Shown: piece after piece, positions 57,662 through 59,478 of the stretch | Position numbering within the stretch: the first letter of the stretch is position 1 | Layout: each line of letters opens with the position of its first letter | Virus record (IMG/VR): IMGVR_UViG_3300031857_000194 | Coordinates: 1-59,478 of that record | Length of the DNA: 59,478 nt | Source: a virus | Lineage: Duplodnaviria > Caudoviricetes | Reading direction: 5' to 3' (one strand) | The notes under the pieces: model-generated | What the model was told of the DNA's origin: nothing | Databases searched by the model: none | The model's input: only the letters and a program-made list of their open reading frames with translations | Made by a program: the position numbers and the translations under genes

Positions 57662-59413
57662 TCAAGCGGTGTAAGTGCCTGATTCGGTAAATGTCATGAC
57701 AGTATTGGATCCGCTGGTAGTCACGCTGACGTTTCCTGAAGTGTTGCCCGTGTAATAGTCTGTTGGCACACTGAGTATGACCACACCTGAACCTCCTGCG
57801 GCACCTGGTTGATTGCCAGCGCCTTGGGATCTTCCGCCCCCTCCGCCAGCTCCGCGATTCACAGTGCCCGATGTAGCAGCCGTGGTACTGGTGGCACCAT
57901 TGCCACCTATGCTGGATCCACCAACACCTATTCCTCCACTGCTGTATGCGCCACCACCACCACCTGCTGCGTAAAATGTTGCAGATCCTATGATGGATGA
58001 ACTATTGCCGGCTCCACCTGCTCCACCAGTTGTGCCAGAAGAACTAGAACCTGCGGCCCCTGCTCCACCGCCACCTGATCCTGCCTGTCCCGATGGTGGG
58101 CCGCCTGGATTGCCCTGTCCTGGTGTACCACTGCCTTGAGTATAGAATGAAACACCACCGCCTCCCGAACCTCCACTGTTGGCTGTGGCTCCTTGCGATC
58201 CTCCACCACCACCGCCTACTGCGGTCACTCCAAAAGCCGTGGTGTTGCTGCCATTGGATCCTGCTATGGTAGTGCTGGCAGCAGCAGCACCGCCGGCTCC
58301 TACTGTGAAGGTATACTGTGTGCCACCATACAATGTGGTAGCACCTGATAAGTATCCACCTGCACCTCCGCCAGCAGCACCTGCTGTGTCTGCACTGTTG
58401 CCTCTGCCACCACCAGCGCCACCACCTACCACCACATATGATCCACTGTAAACTGCAGTGGCAAGAATAAACGTTCCTGAAGTGGTAAATGTGTGTATGG
58501 TATAACCACCTGAACTGGTAATGGTGCCACCTGTGGCACGCTGACTACCTGCATAACGGATTATTACTATGCCTGAACCACCTGTGCCACCGGCACCGCT
58601 GAAAGCAGAACCGCCACCGCCACCGCCGCCAGTATTGGTTGTTCCGTTATCTCCAGCAACGCCCGAGGGGCCGTTACTATTTTTACCATTGCCGCCACCG
58701 CCAGCACCACCAGTTCCAGCAGTTCCAAAGAAAGAACCACCGCCACCACCCCCTGCGTAAGTTACAGATGAACCAGAAATAGATGAAGCAGTTCCAGCAC
58801 CGCCGTTACCGCCAACAATCGCAGGTGATAAAACTCCCGCTGTACCAACCGCAGATGCTCCGCCACCACCACCAGCCGCACCTGTGCTATCCCCATTTCC
58901 AACTCCACCGCCACCATTATTTCCTTGGGAAGGTGAAGTCGATGGTGTATTTCCAGATCCACCAGAAATTGTTGGAGTGCTTCTATAACCACCACCGCCA
59001 CCACCAGAACCACCATTTCCACCAGCAACAGATGCTGCACCGCCCTGTCCACCTAAACCACCGCCCGTTGCGGTAATTGTTGAAAATACAGAATCATTGC
59101 CTTTTACGCCATTATTGGCTGACCCACTAGCACCTCCCGCACCACCAGCGCCAACTGTTACTGTATATGCTGTTCCTGGTACCAGGGTTAGATTGCTGCC
59201 GACTCTAAAACCACCAGCACCGCCAGCACCGCCAATGTCTGAACCGCCCCCGCCGCCGCCTGCTACCACTAGATATTCAAAAAGATTTTCCAACGGCCAG
59301 TCCTGCTGTAGCATACTCAATTCTACTTCGAACATTGACCACACGCCCGAGGCTGTGGCCGTGGTAGGTAAGTTTGCTACGCCAATGACGCCACCGTTGA
59401 TACGACGCGGCAT
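57662..59413 (-). CDS. Glycine-rich virion protein with two tandem domains
   Basis: NGGVIG...ASGVWS N-terminus; EYLVVAGGGGGG...TIHTFT; 20-bp identity 59259-59278 with 6381-6400. Confidence 0.85.
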   Translation of the reverse strand: MPRRINGGVIGVANLPTTATASGVWSMFEVELSMLQQDWPLENLFEYLVVAGGGGGGSDIGGAGGAGGFRVGSNLTLVPGTAYTVTVGAGGAGGASGSANNGVKGNDSVFSTITATGGGLGGQGGAASVAGGNGGSGGGGGGYRSTPTISGGSGNTPSTSPSQGNNGGGGVGNGDSTGAAGGGGGASAVGTAGVLSPAIVGGNGGAGTASSISGSSVTYAGGGGGGSFFGTAGTGGAGGGGNGKNSNGPSGVAGDNGTTNTGGGGGGGSAFSGAGGTGGSGIVIIRYAGSQRATGGTITSSGGYTIHTFTTSGTFILATAVYSGSYVVVGGGAGGGRGNSADTAGAAGGGAGGYLSGATTLYGGTQYTFTVGAGGAAAASTTIAGSNGSNTTAFGVTAVGGGGGGSQGATANSGGSGGGGVSFYTQGSGTPGQGNPGGPPSGQAGSGGGGAGAAGSSSSGTTGGAGGAGNSSSIIGSATFYAAGGGGGAYSSGGIGVGGSSIGGNGATSTTAATSGTVNRGAGGGGGRSQGAGNQPGAAGGSGVVILSVPTDYYTGNTSGNVSVTTSGSNTVMTFTESGTYTA

Positions 59414-59478
59414 TTAGTTGATCTCTTCCCAGGAAGCCACTATCTCTAGTGAACTGTTGGCTGATGCGTTGGCAAATA
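59414..59478 (-). CDS. C-terminal end of a virion-associated protein (partial)
   Basis: Reads ...FANASANSSLEIVASWEEIN*, with its TAA abutting the next ATG. Confidence 0.6.
   Translation of the reverse strand, partial: FANASANSSLEIVASWEEIN

Noticed and set aside
1-59478. Stop-codon reassignment, tRNA genes, introns or inteins
   Set aside because: Genes tile densely in code 11 and end in TAA, TGA or TAG. I recognised no cloverleaf, intron or intein motifs by eye; tRNAscan/Infernal were not run.

Overview
This window is a segment of a large, T4-superfamily-like (myovirus-type) dsDNA phage genome, probably aquatic. The PstS looks proteobacterial, which hints at the host but is only an inference. 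Almost all genes are on the minus strand and use the standard genetic code. Contents: (1) many fibre/adhesin-type virion proteins (Gly-rich, LamG/ConA-like, beta-propeller, GNVTA-repeat), six of which share an N-terminal IxGxxIxG-type motif; (2) about 15 proteins with a T4 internal-protein-like leader (M-x-x-x-E-[FIL]-[ILV]-x-E), several being modular polyproteins punctuated by [ILV]-x-E sites and carrying nucleotidyltransferase, HExxH peptidase, amidoligase, GNAT, RMF-like and HiPIP-like modules; (3) host-like genes (dps, clpA, def, dnaJ, groES, pstS with a Pho box, phoH, fatty-acid desaturase, mazG-like, Hc1-like, clamp loader, a DnaE fragment); (4) a lysis cassette; (5) two promoter classes, a TAAATA late-type box often only 5-8 nt from the start codon and sigma70-type promoters. 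The most striking feature is an ~85-nt intergenic three-hairpin element (33611-33696). Its loops match universally conserved 16S (530 loop) and 23S (H69-H71) rRNA sequence, and it lies directly after a 2OG-Fe(II) oxygenase / SAM-methyltransferase gene pair. I saw no tRNA, rRNA gene, CRISPR array or reverse transcriptase. All family calls come from motif recognition, not database searches.
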